Assembly: GCF_963921235.1 (NCBI RefSeq)
Contig: NC_086097.1
Coordinates: 243,166,001 to 243,230,000, forward strand
Length of the DNA: 64,000 nucleotides
Reading direction: 5' to 3'
DNA from: Mobula hypostoma
Taxonomy: Eukaryota
This document shows, one piece after another, positions 24,541-36,881 of this stretch; the first letter of the stretch is position 1, and every line of letters starts with the position of its first letter. A program made the position numbers and the translations under genes. The notes under the pieces were generated by a model, which worked only from the letters and a program-made list of their open reading frames with translations, did not search any database and was not told the DNA's origin.

Positions 24541-27500
24541 GAGGTCCTGAAAGGAGAATATAGGGAGCTAGGAAGGGAGCTGAGAAAAAGGACCGCAAAG
24601 GTAATAATCTCAGGATTACTGCCTGTGCCATGCGACAGTGAGAGTAGGAATGCGATGAGGTGGAGGATAAATGCGTGGCTGAGGGATTGGAGCAGCGGGC
24701 AGGGATTCAAGTTTTTGGATCATTGGGACCTCTTTTGGCGCAGGTGTGACCTGTACAAAAAGGACGGGTTACACTTGAATCCTAGGGGGACCAATATCCT
24801 GGCAGGGAGATTAGCGGGGGCTACTGAGGTGACTTTAAACTAGAATGGTTGGGGGGTGGGCATCAAATTAAAGAGGCTAGGCGTGAGGAGGTTAGTTCAC
24901 AACAGGGGGATGGGAACCAGTGCAGAGAGACAGAGGGGTGTAAAGTGAGGGTAGAAGCAAAAAGTACTAAGGAGAAAAGTAAAAGTGGCAGGCCGACAAA
25001 TCCAGGGCAAGCATTAAAAAGGGCCACTTTTCAACATAATTGTATGAGGGCTAAGAGAGTTGTAAAAGAGCGCCTGAAGGCTTTGTGTGTCAATGCAAGG
25101 AGCATTCGTAATAAGGTGGATGAATTGAAAGTGCAGATTGTTATTAATGATTATGATATAGTTGGGATCACAGAGACATGGCTCCAGGGTGACCAGGGAT
25201 ATTCAATATTCAGGAGGGATAGACATGAAGGAAGGGGAGGTGGGGTGGCGTTGCTGGTTAAAGAAGAGATTAACGCAATAGAAAGGAAGGACATAAGCCG
25301 CGAAGATGTGGAATCGATATGGGTAGAGCTGCGTAACACTAGGGGGCAGAAGACGCTGGTGGGAGTTGTGTACAGGCCACCTAACAGTAGTAGTGAGGTC
25401 GGAGATGGTATTAAACAGGAAATTAGAAATGTGTGCAATAAAGGAACAGCAGTTATAATGGGTGACTTCATTCTACATGTAGATTGGGTGAACTAAATTG
25501 GTAAAGGTGCTGAGGAAGAGGATTTCTTGGAATGTATGCGGGATGGTTTTTTGAACCAACATGTCGAGGAACCAACTAGAGAGCAGGCTATTCTGGACTG
25601 GGTTTTGAGCAATGAGGAAGGGTTAATTAGCAATCTTGTCGTGAGAGGCCCCTTGGGAAAGAGTGACCATAATATGGTGGAATTCTTCATTAAGATGGAG
25701 AGTGACATAGTTAATTCAGAAACAAAGGTTCTGAACTTAAAGAGGGGTAACTTTGAAGGTATGAGACGTGAATTAGCTAAGATAGACTGGCAAATGACAC
25801 TTAAAGGATTGACGGTGGATATGCAATGGCAAGCATTTAAAGGTTGCATGGATGAACTACAACAATTGTTCATCCCAGTTTGGCAAAAGAATAAATCAAG
25901 GAAGATAGTGCACCCGTGGCTGACAAGAGAAATTAGGGATAGTATCAATTCCAAAGAAGAAGCATACAAATTAGCCAGAGAAAGTGGCTCACCTGAGGAC
26001 TGGGAGAAATTCAGTGTTCAGCAGAGGAGGACAAAGGGCTTAATTAGGAAGGGGAAAAAAGATTATGAGAGAAAACTGGCAGGGAACATAAAAACGGACT
26101 GTAAAAGCTTTTATAGATATGTAAAAAGGAAAAGACTGGTAAAGACAAATGTAGGTCCCCTGCAGACAGAAACAGGTGAATTGATTATGGGGAGCAAGGA
26201 CATGGCAGACCAATTGAATAATTACTTTGGTTCTGTCTTCACTAAGGAGGACATAAATAATCTTCCAGAAATAGTAGGGGACAGAGGGTCCAGTGAGATG
26301 GAGGAACTGAGCGAAATACATGTTAGTAGGGAAGTGGTGTTAGGTAAATTGAAGGGATTGAAGGCAGATAAATCCCCAGGGCCAGATGGTCTGCATCCTA
26401 GAGTGCACACAGGAGATTAGTGTGCAAAATTAAAGCACACGGTATTTGGGGTAAGGTATTGGTGAGGGTGGAGAATTGGTTGGCAGACAGGAAGCAAAGA
26501 GTGGGAATAAACGGGACCTTTTCAGAATGGCAGGCGGTGACTAGTGGGGTACCGCAAGGCTCAGTGCTGGGACCCCAGTTGTTTACAATATGTATTAATG
26601 ACTTGGATGAGGGAATTAAATGCAGCATCTCCAAGCTTGCGGATGACACGAAGCTGGGTGGCAGTGTTAGCTGTGAGGAGGATGCTAAGAGGATGCAGGG
26701 TGACTTGGATAGGTTGGGTGAGTGGGCAAATTCATGGCAGATGCAATTTAATGTGGATAAATGTGAGGTTATCCACTTTGGTGGCAAAAATAGGAAAACA
26801 GATTATTATCTGAATGGTGGCCAATTAGGAAAAGGGGAGGTGCAACGAGACCTGGGTGTCATTATACACCAGTCATTGAAAGTGGGCATGCAGGTACAGC
26901 AGGCGGTTAAAAAGGCAAATGGTATGCTGGCATTTATAGCGATAGGATTCGAGTACAGGAGCAGGGAGGTACTACTGCAGTTGTACAAGGCCTTGGTGAG
27001 ACCACACCTGGAGTATTGTGTGCAGTTTTGGTCCCCTAATCTGAGGAAAGACATCCTTGCCTTAGAGGGAGTACAAAGAAGGTTCACCAGATTGATTCCT
27101 GGGATGGCAGGACTTTCATATGAAGAAAGACTGGATGAACTGGGCTTGTACTCGTTGGAATTTAGAAGATTGTGGGGGGATCTGATTGAAACGTATAAGA
27201 TCCTAAAGGGATTGGACAGGCTAGATGCAGGAAGATTGTTCCCGATGTTGGGGAAGTCCAGAACGAGGGGCCACAGTTTGAGGATAGAGGGGAAGCCTTT
27301 TAGGACCGAGATTAGGAAAAACCTCTTCACACAGAGAGTGGTGAATCTGTGGAATTCTCTGCCACAGGAAACAGTTGAGGCCAGTTCATTGGCTATATTT
27401 AAGAGGGAGTTAGATATGGCCCTTGTGGCTACGGGGGTCAGGGGGTATGGAGGGAAGGCTGGGGCGGGGTTCTGAGTTGGATGATCAGCCATGATCATAA

Positions 27501-27574
27501 TAAATGGCGGTGCAGGCTCGAAGGGCCGAATGGCCTACTCCTGCACCTATTTTCTATGTTTCTATGTTTCTATG
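24541..27574 (+). mobile_element. CR1 LINE copy 2 with the same 385-nt RT deletion as copy 1, inserted in Gypsy gag
   Basis: Highly similar to 6496-9516, with the same junction gagtgc|acacaggag. Premature TAA at 25494-25496; (TTTCTATG)n tail; short duplication gtct at the ends. Confidence 0.95.
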
Positions 27575-28063
27575 TCTTCTTTACAGGCACCTGCAGTCTG
27601 GAACTGCATAACAGCATGTTGTTTGACTGTTCCCACATGCACGCGGTGCTTGCCTTCCTCGGTGCGTAGAAATAGCTCGGTAAATGAAGGCGGGATTTCC
27701 ATGTCCTGTTCCAGCTGCAGCGCTAAGATCGGGGAACACCCTTGAGAAGTTGCAGAAAGACTAATCCAAACTGCAAAGTAGCCAGAAATTCTCTCCGAAG
27801 TTTGGCTACAAGCACGTCCTGGAAGTTTTACAAATGCGATAAAGAGTCTACAGAGGGAAATGTTGGGCTGGTGAGAGTACCTGGCCAGGACCTTAGAAAA
27901 ATCCCAGCGGGACAGTCTGTATCTTGTGTGGATCAGTCACAGTCAAAACGCTGCAACCTGACAGATTGGCTATCATGGCGCGTCCAGATTCGTCTCCCCT
28001 GCCTGGAGGACTTGTAGTAAAGACTTGCCTGGTTACTTTGGAAAACAAGCAACCTGTCACTTA

Positions 28064-28237
28064 AACACAAGGAAATCTGCAGATGCTGGAAATTCAAGCA
28101 ACACACATCAAAGTTGCTGGTGAACACAGCAGGCCAGGCAGCACCTCTAGGAAGAGGTGCAGTCGACGTTTCGGGCCGAGACCCTTCCTAGAGATGCTGC
28201 CTGGCCTGCTGCGTTCACCAGCAACTTTGATGTGTGT
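28064..28237 (-). mobile_element. Penelope pLTR mini-insertion with internal inverted repeat
   Basis: 13-bp TSD aacctgtcactta (28051-28063, 28238-28250). The arms acacacatcaaagttgctggtgaa... and ...ttcaccagcaactttgatgtgtgt are complementary. Matches the 3' end of the Penelope element at 43230-43362. Confidence 0.88.
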
Positions 28238-29357
28238 AACCTGTCACTTACCTGTAGTGATCTCCAATATAACAGCACATGATGTCACAATTCCTCCCAG
28301 GTCTGTTGCAGCTGAACTAAATTCAGTACAAGCTATACTTCCAAAATTAAAACTTCCAGTGAGTCTGAATCCACTCAAGCGTCAGGCCCGGAATTTAACT
28401 TGGTGATTGTCTTATCCCCACTGAGTGGAAGAGAAGACTTACCCAAAAATTAGAAGCGTCCTCTGATGTTGCCTCCCATCATCGCTTAGATTTTGGATGT
28501 ACCGACCAAGTGAAACATGGAATCAACTTTATTCGTGAAACACCGTTCAAACATCGACCTCGACCTATACGTCCGGAAGACAGAAAAGCCGTTCGAAAGC
28601 ATCTCCGAGAACTGCTAAACGCAGGAGCGGTCAGAAAGTTTGAACCTCATTTTTCTTCTCCAGTTGTTGTGGTGAGGAAAAAAAAAATGAGGATGTCCAT
28701 TTGTGTATCGATTATCGGAAATTAAACCAACAGGTAATTCAAGATGCCCACGCAATCCCGAAGCTCGAAGACACTTTTAAGGCATTGACCGGTTCCAAAT
28801 GGTTTTCAGTCCTGGACCTAAATCCTGGTTATTAGTAGACAGAAGTTAAAGAAACCAGCAAGCCTAAAACAGCTTTGTGTGTCCTCTTGAATTCTATGAG
28901 TTCAATGGGGTGCCACAGGGAATAACATACGTGCCAAGTATATTCAGCGACTCGTGAAGAAATGCCTGGCTGATATGAACTTGAGGGAAGTCCTTGTTTT
29001 CATCGACGGCATTACTGTGTTCTCTGAAGACTTGGATGAGCATCAGGAAAGACTCAGGAGAGTCCTGAATGGACTCAGAGAGTATCGTCTTATGCTAGCT
29101 TCAGAAAACTGTGCTTTTGCATAAATCTCAGTCAAATACCTCGGGCATATAAGTGTCCCATCAAGGAGTTCAAACTGACTCTGACAAGATAGGCACGGTC
29201 AAAACCTGGTCAATTCCCAGAAAAATCTGAAGGAAGTGAAGTCTTTCCTTGGATTTATCTGTTATTACCGCCGATTTATCAAGGATTTTTCTCGAAAAGT
29301 TAAGCCGCTCAATGATTTGACATCGGGGTGTACCCATTTACCAGAAAGAACTCCAAG

Positions 29358-31050
29358 ATAGAAACATAGAAACATAGAAAATAGGTGCAGGAGTAGGCCA
29401 TTCGGCCCTTCGAGCCTGCACCACCATTTATTATGATCATGGCTGATCATCCAACTCAGAACCCAGCCTTCCCTCCATACCCCCTGACCCCTGTAGCCAC
29501 AAGGGCCATATCTAACTTCCTTTTAAACATAGCTAATGAACTGGCCTCAACAGTTTGCTGTGGCAGAGAATTCCACAGATTCACCACTCTCTGTGTGAAG
29601 AAGTTTTTCCTAACCTCGGTCCTAAAAGGCTTCCCCTCTATCCTCAAACTGTGACCCCTCGTTCTAGACCTCCCCAACATCGGGAACAATCTTCCTGCAT
29701 CTAGCCTGTCCAATCCCTTTAGGATCTTATACGTTTCAATCAGATCCCCCCTCAATCTTCTAAATTCCAACGAGTACAAGCCCAGTTCATCCAGTCTTTC
29801 TTCATATGAAAGACCTGCCATCCCAGGAATCAATCTGGTGAACCTTCTTTGTACTCCCTCTATGGCAAAGATGTCTTTCCTCAGATTAGGGGACCAAAAC
29901 TGCACACAATACTCCAGGTGTGGTCTCACCAAGGCCTTGTACAACTGCAGTAGTACCTCCCTGCTCCTGTACTCGAATCCTCTCGCTATAAATGCCAGCA
30001 TACCGTTCGCCTTTTTCACCGCCTGCTGTACCTGCATGCCCACTTTCAATGACTGGTGTATAATGACACCCAGGTCTCGTTGCACCTCCCCTTTTCCTAA
30101 TCGGCCACCATTCAGATAATAATCTGTTTTCCTATTTTTGCCACCAAAGTGGATAACTTCACATTTATCCACATTAAATTGCATCTGCCATGAGTTTGCC
30201 CACTCACCCAACCTATCCAAGTCACCCTGCATCCTCTTAGCATCCTCCTCACTGCTAACACTGCCACCCAGCTTCGTGTCATCCGCAAACTTGGAGATGC
30301 TGCATTTAATTCCCTCATCCAAGTCATTAATATATATTGTAAACAACTGGGGTCCCAGCACTGAGCCTTGCGGTACCCCACTAGTCACCGCCTGCCATTC
30401 TGAAAAGGTCCCGTTTATTCCCACTCTTTGCTTCCTGTCTGCTAACCAATTCTCCACCCACACCAATACCTTACCCCCAATACCGTGTGCTTTAAGTTTG
30501 CACACTAATCTCCTATGTGGGACCTTGTCAAAAGCCTTTTGAAAATCCAAATATACCACATCCACTGGTTCTCCCCTATCCACTCTACTAGTTACATCCT
30601 CAAAAAATTCTATGAGATTCGTCAGACATGATTTTCCTTTCACAAATCCATGCTGACTTTGTCCGATCATTTCACCGCTTTCCAAATGTGCTGTTATCAC
30701 ATCCTTGATAACTGACTCCAGCAGTTTCCCCACCACCGACGTTAGGCTAACCGGCCTATAATTCCCCGGTTTCTCTCTCCCTCCTTTTTTAAAAAGTAGG
30801 GTTACATTAGCCACCCTCCAATCCTCAGGAACTAGTCCAGAATCTAACGAGTTTTGAAAAATTATCACTAATGCATCCACTATTTCTTGGGCCACTTCCT
30901 TAAGCACTCTGGGATGCAGACCATCTGGCCCTGGGGATTTATCTGCCTTCAATCCCTTCAATTTACCTAACACCACTTCCCTACTAACATGTATTTCGCT
31001 CAGTTCCTCCATCTCACTGGACCCTCTGTCCCTTACTATTTCTGGAAGAT
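29358..31050 (-). mobile_element. CR1 LINE copy 3, 5'-truncated, with uninterrupted RT domain; inserted in Gypsy pol
   Basis: Open frame with YRPVSL, QHGF, YLDFQKAFDKVPH, GVPQGSVLGP, KFADD; aagat at both ends. Confidence 0.95.
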
Positions 31051-33351
31051 GAAGGATGATAGCCAGTACCATAATCCGAAAGACCCATTTGGAGGCAAGT
31101 TGATTACCGCGTGTCAAAAAGCATTCGACTTATCATAAAGGAACTTAGATCTGCTCCAGTGCTGGCCTTTGCTAACCCTCAGCTCGCATACAGATGCCAA
31201 CATACGGGCTCAGGGACCGCCGTCTTCCCAGGGCAGGATGGGCACCTGGGTCATCACTTATGCCAGTAGGAGACTCTCCCATAGTGGATCATAATATTCT
31301 GCCCATAAATTAGAGTACCTAGCCCCAAAATGGGCAGTCAGTGGAAAAAATTCATGATTATCTTTATGGCAGTTCATTTACTATAGTAGCATACAGTGTC
31401 TGACCTACGTGTTTTCTACTGCTAGACTATGAGGGCCTGACTTTGAATCCCGCTTGACTAAAGAACTGTGAGATAGCTGGAATTCAAAAAGACAGAACTA
31501 CACCATATGATCCCAGAGGAAACCCAGTTGAGAGGTTTAACAGTACCTTCTTAAATATGTTAGGAACTCTGGAAACGAAAAGTAAAACTCACTGGCGAGA
31601 ATTTGAGAAACCCCTAGTCCATAATTACAATTCTACTAGAGATGACATGACTGGTTTCAGTCCGTATGAATTGATGTTCGGACGACAACCCCGACTCCTA
31701 GTTGACTTTGCTTTCGGACTACCATTGGAAGATAATCATGGTACATCATACTCTCAGTATGTACGAAATCTGAAATCTCATCTTGAGCAAAGCTTCAAGA
31801 TAGCAACAGGGAAAATGGCAGACCGAAACAAGACCAGCCACGACAGACAGAGATCCTTCAGAGTTGAAAGGAGACCGAGGATCTAGGCCCAGAGTCGATC
31901 GTGCTCTTTTCCATAGATGCTGCCTGGCTTGCTGAGTTCCTCCAGGATTTTGTGTGTATTGTCAGTAAAGAATATGCGCCTACGAGGTAAAAGCAAACTT
32001 GCCTATAAATGGGAAGAAATAGTCTATGTAGTGTTGAGCCAAGCCTGACGATAAGGTACGTCCTGAGGACCTGTCTGGACCTATACGAAAATTACAAAGT
32101 GATCTATTGCTCCCTTGTGGATTTCTTCCTTCTGAAGACGTTGAACAACTTTCTTCTGTCCCTGCCGCAAGTACAGAACTCCCAGGAGCACGAAAAATGA
32201 ACAGTCGATTGAAGAGAAAGAAAACCCAATTGACTCTGAAGAGAATAAGGCTTATTACCTCAAACCAAGACTTGACATTGTAGATGAAGCTTCTAAGAGT
32301 CAAGTAACGCGTGAGCATTTACACCAAAGAATTGTGGGCTCCAACCCAAGTCCAAATCAGCCACTTACAACCACTCCGACTGCATACTCAGAGCTGGTAT
32401 CCCAAAGAAATGAAAGTTCTGATGTAGCGGAATCTACTGTAGCAAGTAACTTACCTGTCAGTCCTGAAGAAAACCCAGAGGAAGAAACAAGAAATGAGGA
32501 AATGCGTAATCAGTGTATCCTACCTGACTAAAGAAGTCCGGAAATTTCATCAATCCTAGATGAGTCCGAGATTCAACGAGAAAAAGAGACACGCGATAAA
32601 GTGATTAGAAAACATGTGACAAATGAGAATTCTCACAAAGACGAGCCTGAGCTCAGAAGGTCTTCCAGACACAGAGAAAAACCTAGGACTCTTAACATAT
32701 CCCGAGCCTGGAAAAAAACTTAGTGAGAATAGTTCAGTCCCTTTTCCGAGGTCTGCGTTCAGCTATTGTGGAGTACCTTCCAGATTTCAGATACGTTGAA
32801 CACCGAACCCCATTACAGTGCAACCTGTAGCCGTATGCAAAGGGACCTGCATAAATTCAAAGGGGAGGGGGTGTAACCCAGGTCAATTAAATCCAAAAAT
32901 GTAATGCTAGAAAGCTCCACCTGTGGAGGGATAAAAACGAAGTTTATCGATTTTTAAAAAAAAGAGAATATGAAAAAAGTGCTATGTGAGAATGAGGCGT
33001 GGCATCCCTACCCTGCTTACTGGAAATCCTTAGAGTGAAACCCTTGAAGGAGAGACAATATCGATAAAAGATTTATTGAAGCTACGGCTATAACAAACTT
33101 CAGCTATATAGCGAGTCGATGTCGGCAGAGAGTTTTGTCCAAGATCTCAACCCCGTAACCGGGAAATACTTCTGTTAAATCATACCAAGGGATTTGGTCA
33201 GGGTTTTTTTGTGTGTAAGTATTGTGAATCCACTTTCCGTGGATGATCATCTATTTCAGCCAATGGACCAAGAAAAAAGAAGGCGAGCCACCCAAGATGG
33301 AAGAAGCAGCGCAGGAACGAAATGTTTCAAGATATAAAGGATTTAATACCG

Positions 33352-33612
33352 CAAGCACGAGGAAATATGCAGATGCTGGAATTTCAAGCAACACACATAA
33401 AAGTTGCTGGTGAACGCAGCAGGCCAGGCAGCATCTCTAGGAAGCGGTACAGTCGACGTTTCGGGACGAAACCCTTCGTCAGGACTAACTGGAAGAAGAA
33501 CTAGTAAGAGATTTGAAAGTGGGAGGGTGAGGGGGAGATCCAAAATGATAGGAGAAGACAGAAGGGGGAGGAATGGAGCCAAGAGCTGGACAGTTGATTG
33601 GCAAAAGGGAAG
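33352..33612 (-). mobile_element. Penelope 3' end/pLTR fragment inside the Gypsy 3' LTR
   Basis: Reverse-complement match to about 43105-43362. Confidence 0.85.
33451..33486 (-). ncRNA. Minimal type-I hammerhead ribozyme motif (Penelope pLTR)
   Basis: AGUC-CUGACGA-A-GGG(uuucgu)CCC-GAAA-C-GUC-GACU: intact core, helix I and helix II. Confidence 0.7.
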
Positions 33613-35599
33613 GGAGGAGCTGTTTGAGAGACAGTTGGTATTCAGCACGGGGAGATAAATAGAAGGTCAGATGATAAACCTGGAGACACATGGTTTTGGA
33701 CACTGAATGAGCTTTGTTGTGCCCACAGAAAAAGTGGATTTTGGAGGATCGATCAGTGGCTCTCGCAGTGTGAAAAGGGAGTGACTGGTGGGGAGTTGTT
33801 TGTGTGTCCAATCCTCACCTGGTTGATAATTCCAGCAGAGAAGAACGGTCCCCTTTGTTTTGGTCACAGCTGGTTACTTCTAAAGGATTTCGAAGGACAC
33901 CGGGAAGATCGACGGCGTCTGCTCACCTGAACACTCAAATCTCTCCCTCTCTCTCTCCCCATCACTACTCAACTCAATACCACGAACTGAACTGAACTTT
34001 ACTCATCATAGTAAGACTATCTATTCACCTCTAGACCTAAAGAAGCTTGGTTTTCATATATTTCCACACTTATATATATATATTCATTGCTAATCTGTTT
34101 GATTTATCTGCATTTATATTACTGTATTGCGTAGTTACTAATAAATTCCATTAGTTAATAGCAATACTGGACTCCAAGGTGTTTTCCATTTCAGCTGGTT
34201 CTTTAACCCATCACGGGGTGCGTGACACTAGAAGTGTGTGTTTTTACTCACTTCCTCCTTCCGATTCCTCGAGCTTCTGATGGTCCACTAGCACCTAGTG
34301 AGGTACTATATAATTTGATCTTCTCTTAGAGAATGCTGCGACCTCACACGAAATAAGACAAGCACCACACAGGTGTTACACCTAGGTGGTGCTAACCTAC
34401 TCTAAGATCAACGCTATTTTTCTCTCCTACATAGCCCTCACATTTTTCTATCATCCATGTGCCTATCTAATAGTTTCTTAAATGCCCCTAGTGTATCTGC
34501 CTTTACTGCTACACATTCCACGCACTCCCTCCTTTCTGTGTGAAAATCGTACCTCCGACATTGCCCTATACTTTGTTCCAGTCATCTTAAACGTATGCAG
34601 TTCGTATGAGCCATTTCCACCCCGGAAAAAGAAGGATACAGCTTCTTGGGGTATATCCCAGCCAGCCTTTGGGACGACATCTACCCTAATCCTTTTCAAA
34701 AGTGCTAGAACTGTCTTAATGTCTGACCTGTTGTGACGTTTGACGTGAATTCCATTAAGATTGTCTCAATGCGACTAAGTAGATTTGATAATATGGACTA
34801 TCCTCGTTGTTTCCCACCCCTTAGATACAGCCTGTGCGTGTCTAGCAAACTATGCTTTTATTTCAAATTTCCAGTGTCTGACGGGCTTAGCTTTAAAAAA
34901 AAACTGACAGCACTGTATGTTACTAAAGCAAACAGAGCAGGATACTGTCAAAACGTGGAATCACAGAATGAATGAATGACATGAGGAAATCTGCAGATGC
35001 TGGAAATACAAGTAGCAAGTTCAAATGAGTAGCATTTGTTGGCTCTGGGCCGGTACTCACTGGAGTTTAGAAGAATGAGGGAGGATCTCATTGAAATCCA
35101 TCGGATATTGAAAGGCTGAAATAAAGTGGACGTGGAGAGGATGTTTCCTTCAGTGGGCGAGTCGAGCTCCAGAGGGCACAACCTCAGAATAGAGGGACTT
35201 CCCTTTAGTATAGAGAAGAGGAGCGATTCCTTGAGCCAGAGGGCGGTGAATCTGCGGAATTCATTGCCACAGACGGCTATGGAAGATCAGACATTGAGTA
35301 TATTTGAAGATTAATAGGTTCTTAAAGTCAGGAGGTCAAAGATACGGGGCAAGGCAGCTGAATCGGGTTGAGAGGGATAATAAATGAGACATAATGGAAT
35401 GGTGGAGAAGACTTGATGGGCTGAATAGCCTAACATGCCACAGTGATAGCTGGGGATAGCTTGATCCATTAAATCTGTGATCCATTATTAAGCATTTAAG
35501 GGGAAAATGAGGGGGATTTTTTTCAGGTGCGAGTGTGGAACGAGCTTCCGGCAGAAGTGGTGAAAACAGGTTCAACTGAAACATTTAAGAGAAATTGAA

Positions 35600-36290
35600 G
35601 AAGAAGCTGTTCCCTTCTGTGTCGCATGGACTCTCAGGGTGAGGCTTTTCATTCCAGAACGAAGGGGATGTCCTACTTCTTCAAAGAAAGGGGCTTCCCT
35701 TCCTCCACCATCACGCTGCCCTTAACCGCATCTCTTCCATTTCACGCACGTCTGTCTTCAGCCCGTTCTTCCGCCACCCTACCAGGGATAGGGTTCCTCT
35801 TGTCCTCACCGACCACCCCACCAGCCTCCGCGTCCAGTACATAATTCTCTGTAACTCCTGCCACGTCCAAAGGGATCCCAACACCAAACACATCTTTCCC
35901 TTCCCCCCATTTTTGCAGGGATTGTTCCCTACACGACTCCCTTGTCCATTCATCTCTCCCCACGGATCTCCCTCCTGGCACTTATCCTTAAAACTACTAC
36001 ACCTGCCCCTACACTTTCTCCCTCACTACAATTCAGGGCCCTAAACAGTCCTTCCAGGTGAGGCAACACTTCACCTGTGAGTCTGTTGGGGTCATGTACT
36101 GCGTCCGGTGCTCCCGCTGTGGCCTCCTGTATACCGGTGAGACCTGCCATAGATTGGGAGCCCGCTTCGCTGAGCACCTACCCTCCATCCGCTGGAAAAA
36201 GTGGGAACTCCAAGTGGCCACCCATTTTCCATTCCCGTTCCGACATGTTAGCCGGTGGCCTCCTCTACTGTTGCGATGAGGCCATTATTC
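35600..36290 (+). mobile_element. Degraded Penelope fragment (RT thumb to GIY-YIG)
   Basis: VMYCVRCSRCGLLYTGET; homologous to 42120-42850. Confidence 0.85.
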
Positions 36291-36881
36291 ATTAAAAAAA
36301 TTGGATTTTCACGACAATGCCAGTAATAAACCTGATTCTGATTCTGACCTATACACTAAGCTTGAATCCACTTCTACTATAACCACTGGATGTGCAATTC
36401 AAACCAGAAGAACCTGCCTCGTCACTTTCCTTTCCCGTACAACACATGCAGAATGCTGGATGAACTCAGCATGCCACTCCGCACCGATGGAATGGAACAA
36501 ACAGTCGATGTTTTGGGCTGAGACACTTCATCGGGACTATTTGTTCCACCTCTCCGATTATTGATCCCGTTTGCCAAAATAAGTGGCAGCGCGGAAAGAT
36601 AAGGGCGCAAAGAAAGCTTTTGGAACATTGGCCTTCGTAAATCAAAGTATTGAGTACAGGAGTTGGGACGTTATGTTGAAGATGCTGTTGAGGCCACATT
36701 TAGAATATTCTGTGTCGTTCCGGTCACCTTTCTGTAGGAAATATGCAAATAAGTTTGAAAGGGTACAGAGAAAATTTGCCAGGATGTTGCCGAAACCTGA
36801 GGACTGAGTTATAGGGAAAGGTTCAACAGGTTTGGACCTTATTCCCTGGAACGTAGAAGATTGGGAGGAGATTTGATAGAG

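Larger units (their letters stand above)
20305..34380 (+). mobile_element. Old Gypsy LTR retrotransposon provirus (PNMA-type gag, protease, RT, RNase H, integrase), internally rearranged and carrying nested insertions
   Basis: Homologous LTRs start at 20305 (tggaacccagg) and 32872 (tgtaacccagg). Polypurine tract at 32859-32871; end TGTTACA at 34380; 4-bp TSD CCTA (20301-20304, 34381-34384). Remnants of the gag CCHC knuckle (WYCFKCGEGEHTASSC), RT (PFKHRPRPI...SSPVVVVRKK) and integrase (VERFN...FSPYELMFGRQPRL). Confidence 0.88.

Noticed and set aside
5739..31050. Segmental duplication explaining the near-identical CR1 copies
   Set aside because: Similarity stops at the element boundaries, and flanks and truncation points differ.
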